Shown here in pieces: positions 10,016-20,000 of a stretch of 64,000 nucleotides of DNA. The stretch is from Pseudomonadota bacterium. GTDB taxonomy: Bacteria; Pseudomonadota; Alphaproteobacteria; Rhizobiales; Xanthobacteraceae. The notes beneath the pieces are model-generated. The model saw only the letters and a program-made list of their open reading frames with translations. It ran no database searches and was not told where the DNA came from. The position numbers and the translations under genes are program-made. Positions within the stretch are counted from its first letter, which is position 1; every line of letters begins with the position of its first letter. Where the stretch lies: positions 61,964-125,963 of the forward strand of contig JBKPDF010000007.1 of assembly GCA_046727735.1 (NCBI GenBank). Reading direction: 5' to 3'.

Positions 10016-10323
10016 GCCCGACTAGGCTGCCCCACCCAAGTCACTCCACGATCCATGTGACGCCCGGTTCGGCCGAATCGATGGCCGCGAGAAGCTTCGA
10101 GACGAGCGGCCGCAGGTCCCGCAAGACGGTTGGTTTTAGCCCTGCGCCGAAACGACAGATTCCGGTCGACGGTCACGAACACGTCGAAGTCCTCGGAGGC
10201 GAGCGCGAGGCGCTCTCCATTATCGAGCGTGGCCCATCCCATCTGACGTGCAGTCTTCACACGGTGTCCGACCAGGTCACGCGACAAGCGCCAATCCAGG
10301 CACTCGTCGAGAAGTACCTTCAT
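10012..10323 (-). pseudogene. PIN-like (DUF5615 / Mut7-C type) toxin gene, apparently frameshifted and internally deleted
   Basis: The N-terminal 57 aa (MKVLLDECLDWRLSRDLVGHRVKTARQMGWATLDNGERLALASEDFDVFVTVDRNL) look like the toxin partner of DUF433 antitoxins. After about codon 68 the frame becomes Arg/Gly-rich nonsense. A +1 frame then reads ..LRDLRPLVSKLLAAIDSAEPGVTWIVE and stops at 10041. Confidence 0.6.
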
Positions 10324-10532
10324 GGAATCGTTTCAAGCAATCGATCCTTGGCTTCTTCCAAGAATGCCACGATCTGCTCCCGCGTGACCGAGGGAAAGCC
10401 TTCGAGAAAAGCGTCGATTGATTCGCCCGCCTCCAAATAGTCGAGCAGAGTCTGCACCGGGACCCTCGTCCCGTAGAACACGGGCGTGCCTCCCATAACA
10501 TTGGGATTTCGGGAGACGAGCAAATGTTTCAT
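10320..10532 (-). CDS. DUF433 domain antitoxin-like protein
   Basis: MKHLLVSRNPNVMGGTPVFYGTRVPVQTLLDYLEAGESIDAFLEGFPSVTREQI carries the G-x-P-x-x-GTR core of DUF433/COG2442. Its stop overlaps the start of the downstream PIN-like gene (ATGA). Confidence 0.8.
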   Translation of the reverse strand: MKHLLVSRNPNVMGGTPVFYGTRVPVQTLLDYLEAGESIDAFLEGFPSVTREQIVAFLEEAKDRLLETIP

Positions 10533-10628
10533 TGCAACAGTGTACCCCGGATGCTGCCCGCACGTGCAACGATTCCACCGCAACGGCGTTTCCGTAGTGC
10601 CGAACAGCAAACAAGCCGGAGAATCCAC

Positions 10629-10859
10629 ATGGCGAGGAAATATTCGCGCAGCGCATCGAAGGACGTGGAAAGCGAGATGCGCCGCTACAAGCGCGGCACC
10701 GCGCGAAGCGGCAGGGGCGGGAAAGCCGGCGAGGTGAAGAGCCGCAAGCAGGCGATCGCGATCGGCCTGTCCAAAGCCCGGCGCAAAGGCAAACGCGTGC
10801 CGCGCAAGAGCTCGCGTTCGCGTTCGTCGAGCTCCCGCCGCCGCAGCTCCAAATCCTGA
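10629..10859 (+). CDS. small highly basic Lys/Arg/Ser-rich protein (DUF6496-like)
   Basis: MARKYSRSASKDVESEMRRYKRGT...KQAIAIGLSKARRKGKRVP, 76 aa. It resembles a small conserved family seen in Bradyrhizobiaceae (from recall). It is divergent from the antitoxin gene. Confidence 0.55.
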   Translation: MARKYSRSASKDVESEMRRYKRGTARSGRGGKAGEVKSRKQAIAIGLSKARRKGKRVPRKSSRSRSSSSRRRSSKS

Positions 10860-10884
10860 ACACCGGCGTACGAACGTCGGATGC

Positions 10885-11709
10885 TCACTGCGCGGCTTGC
10901 GCCGGAGCAGCCGCGCAGCTCTTCGCGAACTCCTGCAAACCGGCGAGCACCTCGTCGGGTCGCTCGCTCATCAGCATGTGGCCGGCGCCCGCGAGCGTCA
11001 CGACGCGCGCGCGCGGCAAAGCGGCGGCGAGCTCGCGGCCGGCTTTTTCCGGCGTCATGAGATCGCGCGCGCCGAGCACGAGGGCCGCCGGCACCTCTAC
11101 CCTGCGGGCCGATAGAAGCCCGTCGCGATAGGCATTGCACGCGGCGAGGTCCTTGAACAACACGCCGGGCCGCGCGCGTTCGAGCAGCCGCCGGCCGCTT
11201 TCGAACATCCAGGCGCCGGGCGCGAGCGAGCCGCCGATGCCGGCCGCAAAGCCGTAGCCCCAGACCGAGACCATATCGATCGCCGCGGGGTCATTGGCCT
11301 CGGCGGCTTTGAGCAGATCGGGTGCGACCGGCATCGCGGCCGCGGCGGCGATCAGGCCCAGCGCGGCGACGCGCTGCGGATGCCGCGCGGCGGTTTCGAG
11401 CGCAACCAGCGATCCCATCGAATGGCCGACGATGCCAGCCTTGCGCGCGCCGGCTGCGGCGACCAGCGCGGCGGCGAAATCCGCCATGGCGGCGATCGTT
11501 GCGAGCGGCGCGCCTTCCGAACGGCCATGTCCGGGCAGGTCGGGCGCGAGCACGCCGAACCCGCGATGCGCGAACCAGCGCGCGAGCAGCGCCCAGACGG
11601 TGTGATCGAGGCCGGCGCCGTGCAGGAACAAGACGGTCGGCAAGCCGGGATCGAACACGCGCCCGCCGGTGCCGGCGAAAATTTTCGTGCCGTCGACCCG
11701 GAGCTGCAC
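10885..11709 (-). CDS. alpha/beta-fold hydrolase
   Basis: HGAG oxyanion region, nucleophile elbow GHSMGS and a C-terminal GAGH motif. GTG at 11709 lies 2 nt after the metY stop. The tracked 735-aa ORF is an out-of-frame run-on over metY. Confidence 0.8.
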   Translation of the reverse strand: MQLRVDGTKIFAGTGGRVFDPGLPTVLFLHGAGLDHTVWALLARWFAHRGFGVLAPDLPGHGRSEGAPLATIAAMADFAAALVAAAGARKAGIVGHSMGSLVALETAARHPQRVAALGLIAAAAAMPVAPDLLKAAEANDPAAIDMVSVWGYGFAAGIGGSLAPGAWMFESGRRLLERARPGVLFKDLAACNAYRDGLLSARRVEVPAALVLGARDLMTPEKAGRELAAALPRARVVTLAGAGHMLMSERPDEVLAGLQEFAKSCAAAPAQAAQ

Positions 11710-11711
11710 GG

Positions 11712-13007
11712 CTACGCCTTCTGAGAGACGCGTAAGGCCTGGGCGAGGTCGTCGACGATGTCGCCGGCGGCTTCGAGTCCGACCGAGATCCGCACCAGCT
11801 CCTCGCCCAATCCGGCGGCCTTGAGCTGCTCCGCATCCATCTGCTGGTGCGTCGTGCTCGCCGGATGGATCACCAGCGTCTTGGCGTCGCCGACATTGGC
11901 GAGATGGCTCGCCAAGCGCAGGCTCTCGATGAATTTCTTGCCCGCGGCACGGCCGCCTTTGATGCCGCAGCTGATGATCGCGCCGGCGCCCTTCGGCAGC
12001 AGGCGCTGCGCGAGCTTGAAATCCGGGTGCGATTCGAGCGAGGGATGGAGCACCCAGTCGATCGCCTTGTGCTTGACCAAGAACTCGATGACGGCCGCGG
12101 TGTTCTCGATGTGGCGCTGCATGCGCATCGGCAGCGTCTCGACGCCTTGCAGCAGATAGAAGGCATTGGCAGGCGAGAGACACGCGCCGAAATCGCGCAG
12201 GCCTTCTGCGCGCGCCCGCATGACGAAGGCCGAGGGGCCGAATTCCTCGGCGAACACGATGCCGTGGTAGCCCGCGTAGGGTTCGGTGATGGTCGGGAAT
12301 TTGCCCGAGGCCTGATAGTCGAACCGGCCGCCGTCGATCAGCGCGCCCCCGATCGCGACGCCGTGGCCGCCGATCCATTTGGTGATGGAGTGCATCACGA
12401 GATCGGCGCCGAGCTCGAGCGGCCTGCTGAGATACGGCGTCGCAAACGTATTGTCGATCAGCAGCGGCACACCGGCGTCGTGGGCGATTTCTGCGACCCG
12501 AGGAATGTCCAGAACTTCGAGCCCGGGATTTCCGATGGTTTCCGCGATCACGAGCCGCGTGTTGGGCCGCATCGCGGCGCGGAAGCCGACAAGATCGCGG
12601 GGCTGGACGAAGGTCGTCGTGACGCCGAAGCGCGGCAGCGTGTGGGTGAGGAGATTGATCGTGCCGCCGTAGAGCGAGGCGGAGGAGACGATGTGATCTC
12701 CGGCACCGAGCAGCGTCGCGATCCCGAGATGCATCGCGGCCATGCCGCTCGCGGTGCACACGGCACCGACGCCGCCTTCGAGCGCCGCGAGGCGCTCCTC
12801 CAAGACCGCGATCGTCGGATTGGAGATGCGGGTGTAGAAGTGGCCGGCGCGTTCGAGATTGAACAGCGCCGCGGCGTGGTCGGTATCCTGAAAGACGAAC
12901 GAAGTCGTCTGGTAGATCGGCAAGGCGCGCGCGCCGGTCACGGGGTCGGGATGCTGGCCGGCGTGGAGCGCGAGCGTCTCGAATGCCGGCGGTTTTGGTG
13001 CAGGCAT
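11712..13007 (-). CDS. metY: O-acetylhomoserine aminocarboxypropyltransferase (sulfhydrylase)
   Basis: FETLALHAGQ, YTRISNPT and a PLP-lysine region (HSITKWIGGHG) are typical of MetY/Cys-Met PLP enzymes. ATG at 13007 is preceded by GAGGAG. Confidence 0.92.
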   Translation of the reverse strand: MPAPKPPAFETLALHAGQHPDPVTGARALPIYQTTSFVFQDTDHAAALFNLERAGHFYTRISNPTIAVLEERLAALEGGVGAVCTASGMAAMHLGIATLLGAGDHIVSSASLYGGTINLLTHTLPRFGVTTTFVQPRDLVGFRAAMRPNTRLVIAETIGNPGLEVLDIPRVAEIAHDAGVPLLIDNTFATPYLSRPLELGADLVMHSITKWIGGHGVAIGGALIDGGRFDYQASGKFPTITEPYAGYHGIVFAEEFGPSAFVMRARAEGLRDFGACLSPANAFYLLQGVETLPMRMQRHIENTAAVIEFLVKHKAIDWVLHPSLESHPDFKLAQRLLPKGAGAIISCGIKGGRAAGKKFIESLRLASHLANVGDAKTLVIHPASTTHQQMDAEQLKAAGLGEELVRISVGLEAAGDIVDDLAQALRVSQKA

Positions 13008-13191
13008 GCTGGCTCCTCGCGGAGACGTTTCTGTTCGGCCGCTGTCGCCCCGGCCAAGCGAGCGCGGCGAGCGCCGAGCCGGGGCCCAACACGAGCTTAG
13101 CGGTTTATCGAGATCGGTGGCCATGGATTCCGGCTCTCGCGCTTCGCGCTCGGCCGGAACGACGAGGCAAGCCGGCGGGAATGCAAGAGCC

Positions 13192-13512
13192 TCACACCGC
13201 AGCGGTGATCCACTGCTCGAGCTTCTGCTTGGGTTGCGCGCCGATCTGACGCGAAGCGAGCTGACCGTTCTTGAAGATCATCAGGGTGGGAATCGACATG
13301 ATGCCGTATTTGGTCGCGGTCGCCGGGTTCTCGTCCACGTTGAGCTTCACGACTTTGACCTTGCCGACCATGGTGCCGGCGATCTCTTCGAGCGCCGGGG
13401 CGATCATCCGGCACGGTCCGCACCACTCGGCCCAGAAATCCACCACGACGGGCTCACTCGCCTTGAGCACTTCGGCATCGAAGGTTGAGTCGGACACTTT
13501 GCCCACGCCCAT
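13192..13512 (-). CDS. trxA: thioredoxin
   Basis: 106 aa with the active site WAEWCGPCR. Confidence 0.96.
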   Translation of the reverse strand: MGVGKVSDSTFDAEVLKASEPVVVDFWAEWCGPCRMIAPALEEIAGTMVGKVKVVKLNVDENPATATKYGIMSIPTLMIFKNGQLASRQIGAQPKQKLEQWITAAV

Positions 13513-13652
13513 GGGAAACCTCGTATTCGGAAGGGCGCGTCCGGCGCCCGCGGAATCGTGCCCGGAACGTAGAAACGAGGGCGGAGAGCGTCAAGTCGCG
13601 CCGCCCTGCAGGGCTGGTATGAAAAGCCTCAGCTGGCGGGCAGGTGCAGCGG

Positions 13653-16600
13653 CTAAGCATCCAGTTCCGTCGCGAGCGCCGCCTCGAGCGCAGGGGGCGG
13701 CACCTCGACAAGATGCAGCCGATCGATCCACAGCAGGGCGGCCCGAATGGTTCGGCCGGGATAAACCTGTTCCAGCACGGCGCGATAGAGCGCGAGCTGC
13801 CTGACGTAGCGAGGCGGCACATCCTCGCACGGCGCCGGCCGATCCGTCTTGTAGTCGGCGATGAGCACGCTCGTGTCGGTCACGGCCAAGCGATCGACTT
13901 GGCCGGAAACCACGACGGGCGGCCGCGCAACGCGTGCAATGCGGCCCCGGATCGGCACTTCGGCCCGCGTTCCGGGCGCGAACAGCGCCGCAAGACGCGG
14001 GTCGTCCAGGACCATCGAGAGCTCCGCGATCAGGCGCTCGCGGTCCGGCTCCTCCCATTCGGGAGCGGCTCGCGCGAGATAAAGGCGCGCCGCCGCAACG
14101 CGCCGTTGCGTCGGCAGCTCCGGGAGCGACTGCAATAACCGGTGCGCCAGCCGGCCGCGCAGCAGCGCCCGACGGTCCAAATCGGTTTCGACCTGCAGGA
14201 TCGGTGCGATCCCGTTGCGTGCGCGAGAAGGCAGGAGCCTCTGCGGCGGGTCGGGCGCAGGCTCGACGTTTCGCAACAGCCACGCCGGAATCTCGATCGC
14301 TTCCGCCCCCGGGCGCCTGGAGGGCTGTGCCGCGGCAACGATCTCGGCGACCTTTCGCCAGCGCAGGACGCAACCTTCACCGTCCAGCGCCGGCTCCTCG
14401 CGCGCACTGTCGCTGAGCGCGTCGCGGACGAGATCGTACCAGCAGCCGGTCGGCTTTCCATTCGCGCCATGGGCGCCGCACACGATTAAATGTTCGCCCG
14501 CGCGGGTCATCGCGACATAGAGCAGCCGCCGGTATTCGTCCTCGGCCTGCGTGCGGGCATGCTGGCGCGCGGCCACCATCGGCGGCACGTCCTGATCCTT
14601 GGCGCCGGCCCAGACCAGACAATCGGGCGCGCCCGCGGGCGCGCCGAGTCGAGCGAGCGCAAGAATCCGCGGATCGCGAGGTCCGGTCGGCCGCGTGGTG
14701 GTATCGGCAAGGATCACGACCGGGGCTTCGAGGCCCTTCGCGCCGTGCACGGTCATGACCCGAACCTCGTCCCGGACGATGTCCATCTCGCGCTTCACTT
14801 CGGTCGCGGCGGCGCGCATGAAGGCGACAAATCCTTGCAAGGAAGGCGCCTCGGTCTGCTCGTAGTTCAGCGCGAGGTTCAACAATTCGTCGAGCGCATC
14901 GGCGGCCTCCGTCCCGAGACGGGCGAGGAACCGGCGACGTCCGCCGTCGGCGAGCAGGCGCAGGTAAAAGCCGAACGGCGGCTCGCGCTTTGCGAGCTCG
15001 GTGTAGCGTTCGAGCGCAGCGGCGGCCGCGATGCACGGCGGATCTCGGGAATCCCGCAGCGCCGCCCGCAAGCTGCCCCGCCGATTCCACGCCAGCGCGA
15101 ACAACGTCTGCTCGTCGAGCCCGAACAGGGGACTCTTGAGCACCGTTGCGAGCGCAAGATCGTCCCCTTCGTGCAGCAAGACGTCGGCGAGGACCAGAAG
15201 ATCCATCACGGCGATGTGCTCGGTGAGCACCAGCCGATCGGCGCCCGCCACCGGCAGCTCGGCATTTTTCAGTGCGCGAATGATGGCTTCGAACAACGGG
15301 CCGCGCTGACGCACGAGCACGAGAACGTCGCCGGGACTGCGGCCACGCCCGAGCAGCACGCGGATCGTGGCGGCGATGCGCTGCGCGAGTTTCACCTGCG
15401 GACTGGACTGTGCGGGTTCGTCGAACGGCGCGTCCCAGGCCTCGATCTCGGCTGCGGGGACCGCCTCGATCGGCGGCCAAATCTCGACGATGCCGGGGGT
15501 TTTTCCGGGCAAGGCGATGTGCGGCGGAATGCCGTCCGTATCGCTCGTGACGCTGCGGAAAATTGCAGGTCGCGCAAACACGGTATCGACCGCGCCAAGT
15601 ACGTTGTCGCCCGAGCGGAACGAGAACTGTAATTTGCAATGGCGGAACGCGAGCTCGGCATCGCGGTGCCGAGCCGCGAAATGCCGTGCCATGTCGGCAA
15701 ATTTTTCCGGCGCGGCGCCTTGGAACGAGAAGATCGACTGCTTTTCGTCACCGACCGCAAAAATGCTGCGGCTTCCCGGGGCGTGCACCCCCTCTCCGGC
15801 CGTGAACTCCGCGGCAAGTCTGCGAATGATCTCCCATTGGCGCGGGCTCGTATCCTGCGCCTCGTCGATCAGAACGTGATCGATCCCGAGGTCGAGCTTG
15901 TAATGCACCCAGGCCGCCTCGACGTTTTCGAGCAGGGCCAGAGTTTTTTCGATCAGATCGTCGAAATCGAGGAGGCCGCGGTTCTCCTTTTCACGCGCAT
16001 AGCGCCGGATCACCGCTTCGGCGATCGTCAGCGCCGCCGCCGTGCGGTCGCGGGCGAGCACGGCGCGGCGCCGCCGCACCAAATGGGCGAGGCGTATCTG
16101 CTCCGCATCGAGACGCGCGGCGAGCTGAGGATGATCCGCTGCGAACGACCGCGTGACGATGCGGTTGCGCGGCTCGCCTTTCTGCGTGAGGAACACCGAG
16201 AGATACACCTCGGCCCGCGCCGCGCCCGGCATGCTCGCCGCTGCACGCAACCGCGCGGCCTGCTCGCATTCGCTGGCCGATCCCGTCGCCAACAGCGCGG
16301 CGATGTCGTTCCAGTCGGCAACGGGCAGATTCGAACTCTGCATCATAGCGAGCTCGATCGCGGCCAGCGCCGCTTCGGGCTCTATGCCGAGCATTTCGGA
16401 AAGCTCGGCAATCGCCGCTTCGATGCTGCCGGCGCGCCCGACCCAAGCGACTACCGCATCGCGTTTTTCGATCAGGTCCGTGACCACGGCGTCGAATCCC
16501 TTGTCGGCCGCGGCGGTGATTGCGTCGCCGAGCGCGCGCCCGAGGCGGGTGTGCGGCGCACCGGCGGCTTCGAGCAGCACTTGCAGGCGCAGACGCCCGA

Positions 16601-17075
16601 GGAGATCGCGCTGCGCAAATTCCTCGAGGACCGAGAACCGGGCCGCGACATCGGCCTCGAACGGAAACTGCTGGAGAAGGCGGGCGCAGAACGCATGGAT
16701 CGTCTGCACCTTGAGCCCTCCGGGGGTGTCCAGCGCCTCCGCGAACAAGCGGCGGCCCCTGGTGCGGATCGAGGGGACGGGCCGCCCGCCCTCCAGCGCG
16801 GCAATCGATCGATCGAGCTCTTCGTCGTCGAGCGCGACCCATTTGGCGAGCGTCGCGAAGACTTGGTTGGCCATGTTCGCGGCGGCCGCTTTGGTGAAGG
16901 TGAGGCAGAGGATCTTGGCGGGCGCGACGCTGCGGAGCAGCAGTCGGATCGCCCGTTGGGCCAACACATGGGTCTTGCCGCAGCCGGCATTGGCGGCGAC
17001 CCAGGCCGATACGGCGGGATCGGACGCCGCCCGCTGCATCCGCAGCACGTCTTGGGGGATTTGCTCGACGCTCAT
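13653..17075 (-). CDS. addA: double-strand break repair helicase AddA (UvrD/REP superfamily 1)
   Basis: MSVEQIPQDV..., Walker A ANAGCGKTHVL, UvrD-type helicase motifs and a C-terminal PD-(D/E)xK nuclease region (ADYKTD). ATG at 17075 overlaps the addB stop (ATGA). The longer tracked ORF is an in-frame upstream extension. Confidence 0.92.
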   Translation of the reverse strand: MSVEQIPQDVLRMQRAASDPAVSAWVAANAGCGKTHVLAQRAIRLLLRSVAPAKILCLTFTKAAAANMANQVFATLAKWVALDDEELDRSIAALEGGRPVPSIRTRGRRLFAEALDTPGGLKVQTIHAFCARLLQQFPFEADVAARFSVLEEFAQRDLLGRLRLQVLLEAAGAPHTRLGRALGDAITAAADKGFDAVVTDLIEKRDAVVAWVGRAGSIEAAIAELSEMLGIEPEAALAAIELAMMQSSNLPVADWNDIAALLATGSASECEQAARLRAAASMPGAARAEVYLSVFLTQKGEPRNRIVTRSFAADHPQLAARLDAEQIRLAHLVRRRRAVLARDRTAAALTIAEAVIRRYAREKENRGLLDFDDLIEKTLALLENVEAAWVHYKLDLGIDHVLIDEAQDTSPRQWEIIRRLAAEFTAGEGVHAPGSRSIFAVGDEKQSIFSFQGAAPEKFADMARHFAARHRDAELAFRHCKLQFSFRSGDNVLGAVDTVFARPAIFRSVTSDTDGIPPHIALPGKTPGIVEIWPPIEAVPAAEIEAWDAPFDEPAQSSPQVKLAQRIAATIRVLLGRGRSPGDVLVLVRQRGPLFEAIIRALKNAELPVAGADRLVLTEHIAVMDLLVLADVLLHEGDDLALATVLKSPLFGLDEQTLFALAWNRRGSLRAALRDSRDPPCIAAAAALERYTELAKREPPFGFYLRLLADGGRRRFLARLGTEAADALDELLNLALNYEQTEAPSLQGFVAFMRAAATEVKREMDIVRDEVRVMTVHGAKGLEAPVVILADTTTRPTGPRDPRILALARLGAPAGAPDCLVWAGAKDQDVPPMVAARQHARTQAEDEYRRLLYVAMTRAGEHLIVCGAHGANGKPTGCWYDLVRDALSDSAREEPALDGEGCVLRWRKVAEIVAAAQPSRRPGAEAIEIPAWLLRNVEPAPDPPQRLLPSRARNGIAPILQVETDLDRRALLRGRLAHRLLQSLPELPTQRRVAAARLYLARAAPEWEEPDRERLIAELSMVLDDPRLAALFAPGTRAEVPIRGRIARVARPPVVVSGQVDRLAVTDTSVLIADYKTDRPAPCEDVPPRYVRQLALYRAVLEQVYPGRTIRAALLWIDRLHLVEVPPPALEAALATELDA

Positions 17076-20000
17076 GAGCCGTTCGCATCCGCGGCCGCGA
17101 CCAGCGACCATTCCTTGACCCGCGCCAGATGGTCGTAATCGCCGTAGCGCGCTTTCCACATCGGATGGACGAGCGAGCGGAACGGCTGCTCTTCGCTGTC
17201 GAAACGCCTGATCACCTCGGTGAAGCGCGCCAGTGCGCGGTCGGCTTGGCCGTCCGGGGTGCCGTCCTTGAAGTCGATCGGCACTTCCTCGCCGGCGGGC
17301 TCGCCGCCCTTGAGCTGCACATAAACCAGCGCGGCCACCGAGCCGCGAGGAATTTCCGGAAAGCCGCCATTGCGCAAGATGGCGGCTTCGAGCGTCAGCT
17401 GCGGCGCGAACCCGGCGCGGACCTGCTTCTCGGTGCGCACTTCGCCGGTCTTGTAATCGACGATCACGTACGCGCCGCTGGTCGTCTGGTCGATGCGGTC
17501 GGCGCGGGCGGCGAGCCGAAAACCGTGATCGCGCAGCGGGATCGTGATCTCGCCGCGGATTTCCGCGTGGCTTTTGGCAAGGTCGGCACGCCGGACCGCG
17601 TCCCAGCCGACGAACCACTCCGCGATGCGCTTGAACCGCGGCCACCAGAACGCGCGCGCTTCGGGAAAATCCTCGAGCGGACCGAAACGCTCGGTGCCGA
17701 ACCGCAGCAGTTCGGCCACGGCGTCGGGCGGCAGAGCTTCCGCAAAGCGTCGGGTGAAATCGCCGATCGCATTGTGCACGAGGTTGCCGCGATCGCGCGC
17801 CCCGGGCGGCGTATTGACGGGGTCCAGCGGCCCGAGCTTCAGCACATGCTTGGCGTAGATCGTGTACGGATCGCGCAACCAATGCTCGACATCGGTGACG
17901 GTCAGGTATTTGGGGCGCGCCGTGCGGGGCGGCTTGGGCGCTGGAGGTTCGGTCAGCACGCGAGGCGCGCGATCGAGCGTGCGAGCGAGGGCGATATAGC
18001 GGCTGCCCCGGACCCGCACCTCGTTCCAACGTGTCGTGCCGGCGACGGCCGCCATGCGCTGCAGAAATCGCGAGGCGACCGTCGGGGCGCCGCCGAGCTT
18101 TTCGGCGCGCGAGAGAATCACCCGTTCGGCACCCAGGCAGTGTGCGAAATCGTGCGCGGAAAGCCCGATGCGGCGCTCCGGCAGATCGAGGCCCAATTCC
18201 TGGCGCATGGGCCTGCTGAGCCAGGGATCGCTGTGCGCCTCGGGCGGCCAGGATCCTTCGACGAGGCCGCCGACCACGACGGTGTCGAAGCTTAGCAGGC
18301 GCGCTTCCAATGGACCCAGGATGTGCACGCGAGCGCCGGGCTGCGGCTTCGGGTACACCGTCCGAGCGGCGATGACGGCGCGAAACAGATCGGGGTAGTC
18401 GGGCGGTTCGAGGACGAGATCGTCGGCCGCAGCGCGAGCCGCAATTTCATCGAAGGTTGCGGCGAGCGCGATCCCATCCTCGCCGGCGAACGCCGGCACG
18501 AAACCGACCGCATCGCGGGCGAGCGCGGCGATGACGTCGCGATGACGCGCGGCGAGCTCTCCGAACCGCTGCGAACCTGCGTTGGTTTCGAGCGGTGCGA
18601 GCGCGCCGGCCAGCCGATCGATCAGCGCTGCCGCGGCGTCGAGCTCGGGCTCAGTGAGATGCGCCCGAGAATCGCGCGGGTGCAGTTTCGGGCGCTCGCG
18701 CCGGAACGCGGCTAGCGCGTGGGCAAGACCGGCCGAGCCCGGCCGCGGCGCCGGGCCACGCAGCAGCGCTCGCTCGAGCGCCGCGACCGCGCTCGCGTGA
18801 TCCCGTTCCGCTCCCAAGCGGAGCAGCGGGTGTTTCAGCAGAGCGAGCAGGTTCACCGGAGGCAGCCCGGACAAAGCTGTTTCGGCGGCAAGGCGCGCGA
18901 ACACGCCGGCGCGGGTCTCGGCCAGCGATGTACCGCGCGAATCCTCGTAGCCTACGCTCCAACGGCCGAGCGCGGCCGCGACACGGCGAGCGAGCGCGCG
19001 ATCGGCGGTCACCAACGCGACCCTGGTGCCTGCAGCCTCGATCGCCTCGCGCAACGCGACCGCGATCGCGTTCGCCTCCTCCTCGGCATTTGCTGCCTCG
19101 ATCACGGCGATCCCGTCGAGGCCCTCCTCAAGCGAGCGGTCGTCGAGGCGCTGCGTCCAGCGCTCGGTCGTCGAAGCCGGTCGAAAGGCTTCGCTGACGA
19201 GCCGCGCCCGGGCTCGGTGCGGCTCGCCGAGATCGACCACGAATTGCCGATCCATGCCGATCCGCCGCAGAAGCATGTGCATGGCGAATTGCGGGTGCCC
19301 GACCGCCGCGGCCGACGCTGCCTCCTCCCCTGCCGCCATGTGGCCCGCAATGGCGTCCCAAGCGGTGCGGTCGAGCTCGGTATCGAGCCCCGGCAGCACG
19401 AGCGCCCCGTTCGGCAGCGCCGCAATCGTGCTCAGCAAGGCCGCGGTCGTGGGCATCGATCCGGTTGAGCCCGCGGCGATGACGGGCCCGGCTTGCCATT
19501 CGGCAATCCGCAGAATTTCCGCCTCGAGCAGGCGATCGCGGCGCTTGGCGGCATCGATCCGGCCGCGCTCGGCGAGAATGGCGGGCCATGCCTCGCGCGC
19601 GATCTTCAGAAATTGCAACGACAGCTGCCAATAGCGATCGAATCGCTCCGGAACGAGCCGGTCGAGCCGATCCCAGGGAACTTGTCGGGTCGTCATGTCG
19701 TCGATCACGCGGCCGAGCTCGTCGGCGAGCGCAAGCGCCGCGGCCGGAGTGCGGGCGACGAGCGGAGAGCCCCGCGCGCCCCGCACCTCGGGCGCGGCGG
19801 CCCATTGCGTGATCAGTCGGGCGAGGAGCAATCGCCGCTCGAGCGCCTCCATTGCGGAAGGCAAGTCGAGCGAGGCCGCGCGGGCTGCGTCCGCAAAGAT
19901 GAATTCGTCCTCGTCGATGTCGCCAAGCGCGACGAAGCGTGGCAGCACGGCAGCGTCGCGCCCGAGCACGTCAAGAAACATTTCGGCCGCGGCTTGGCAG

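Noticed and set aside
10885-13092. The 735-aa ORF that seems to fuse the region over metY with the alpha/beta hydrolase.
   Set aside because: Only the last 275 codons have protein-like sequence. The upstream part is an out-of-frame read of metY, whose own frame (11712-13007) has unambiguous PLP-enzyme motifs.
13008-13191. A possible SAM-II riboswitch in the 184-nt metY leader. I also looked for a SAM-responsive element in the 147-nt leader of metK (54693-54839).
   Set aside because: I could see GGCTTGC and TAAGCT strings but not in the compact pseudoknot arrangement I associate with SAM-II. Part of the leader is a REP-like fragment. A cmsearch with Rfam SAM-II, SAM-V and SAM-SAH models would be decisive, but I cannot support the call by eye.
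16320-16345. A tRNA T-loop-like string (GAGTTCGAATCTG on the minus strand).
   Set aside because: The flanking bases do not form a 5-bp T-stem (G-G mismatch at the third pair), and no acceptor or anticodon arms are present. It lies inside the addA coding frame. I found no tRNA or rRNA genes anywhere in the window.
17076-18029. The N-terminal extension of the addA ORF (the tracked ORF is 13653-18029, 1458 aa). Similar extensions occur on dut (to 26765), ubiB (to 29149), ubiE (to 30042) and the enoyl-CoA hydratase gene (from 30297).
   Set aside because: The extensions overlap the upstream gene in another frame and are compositionally aberrant. Internal starts with ATGA/GTGA coupling or good Shine-Dalgarno sequences give proteins of canonical length.
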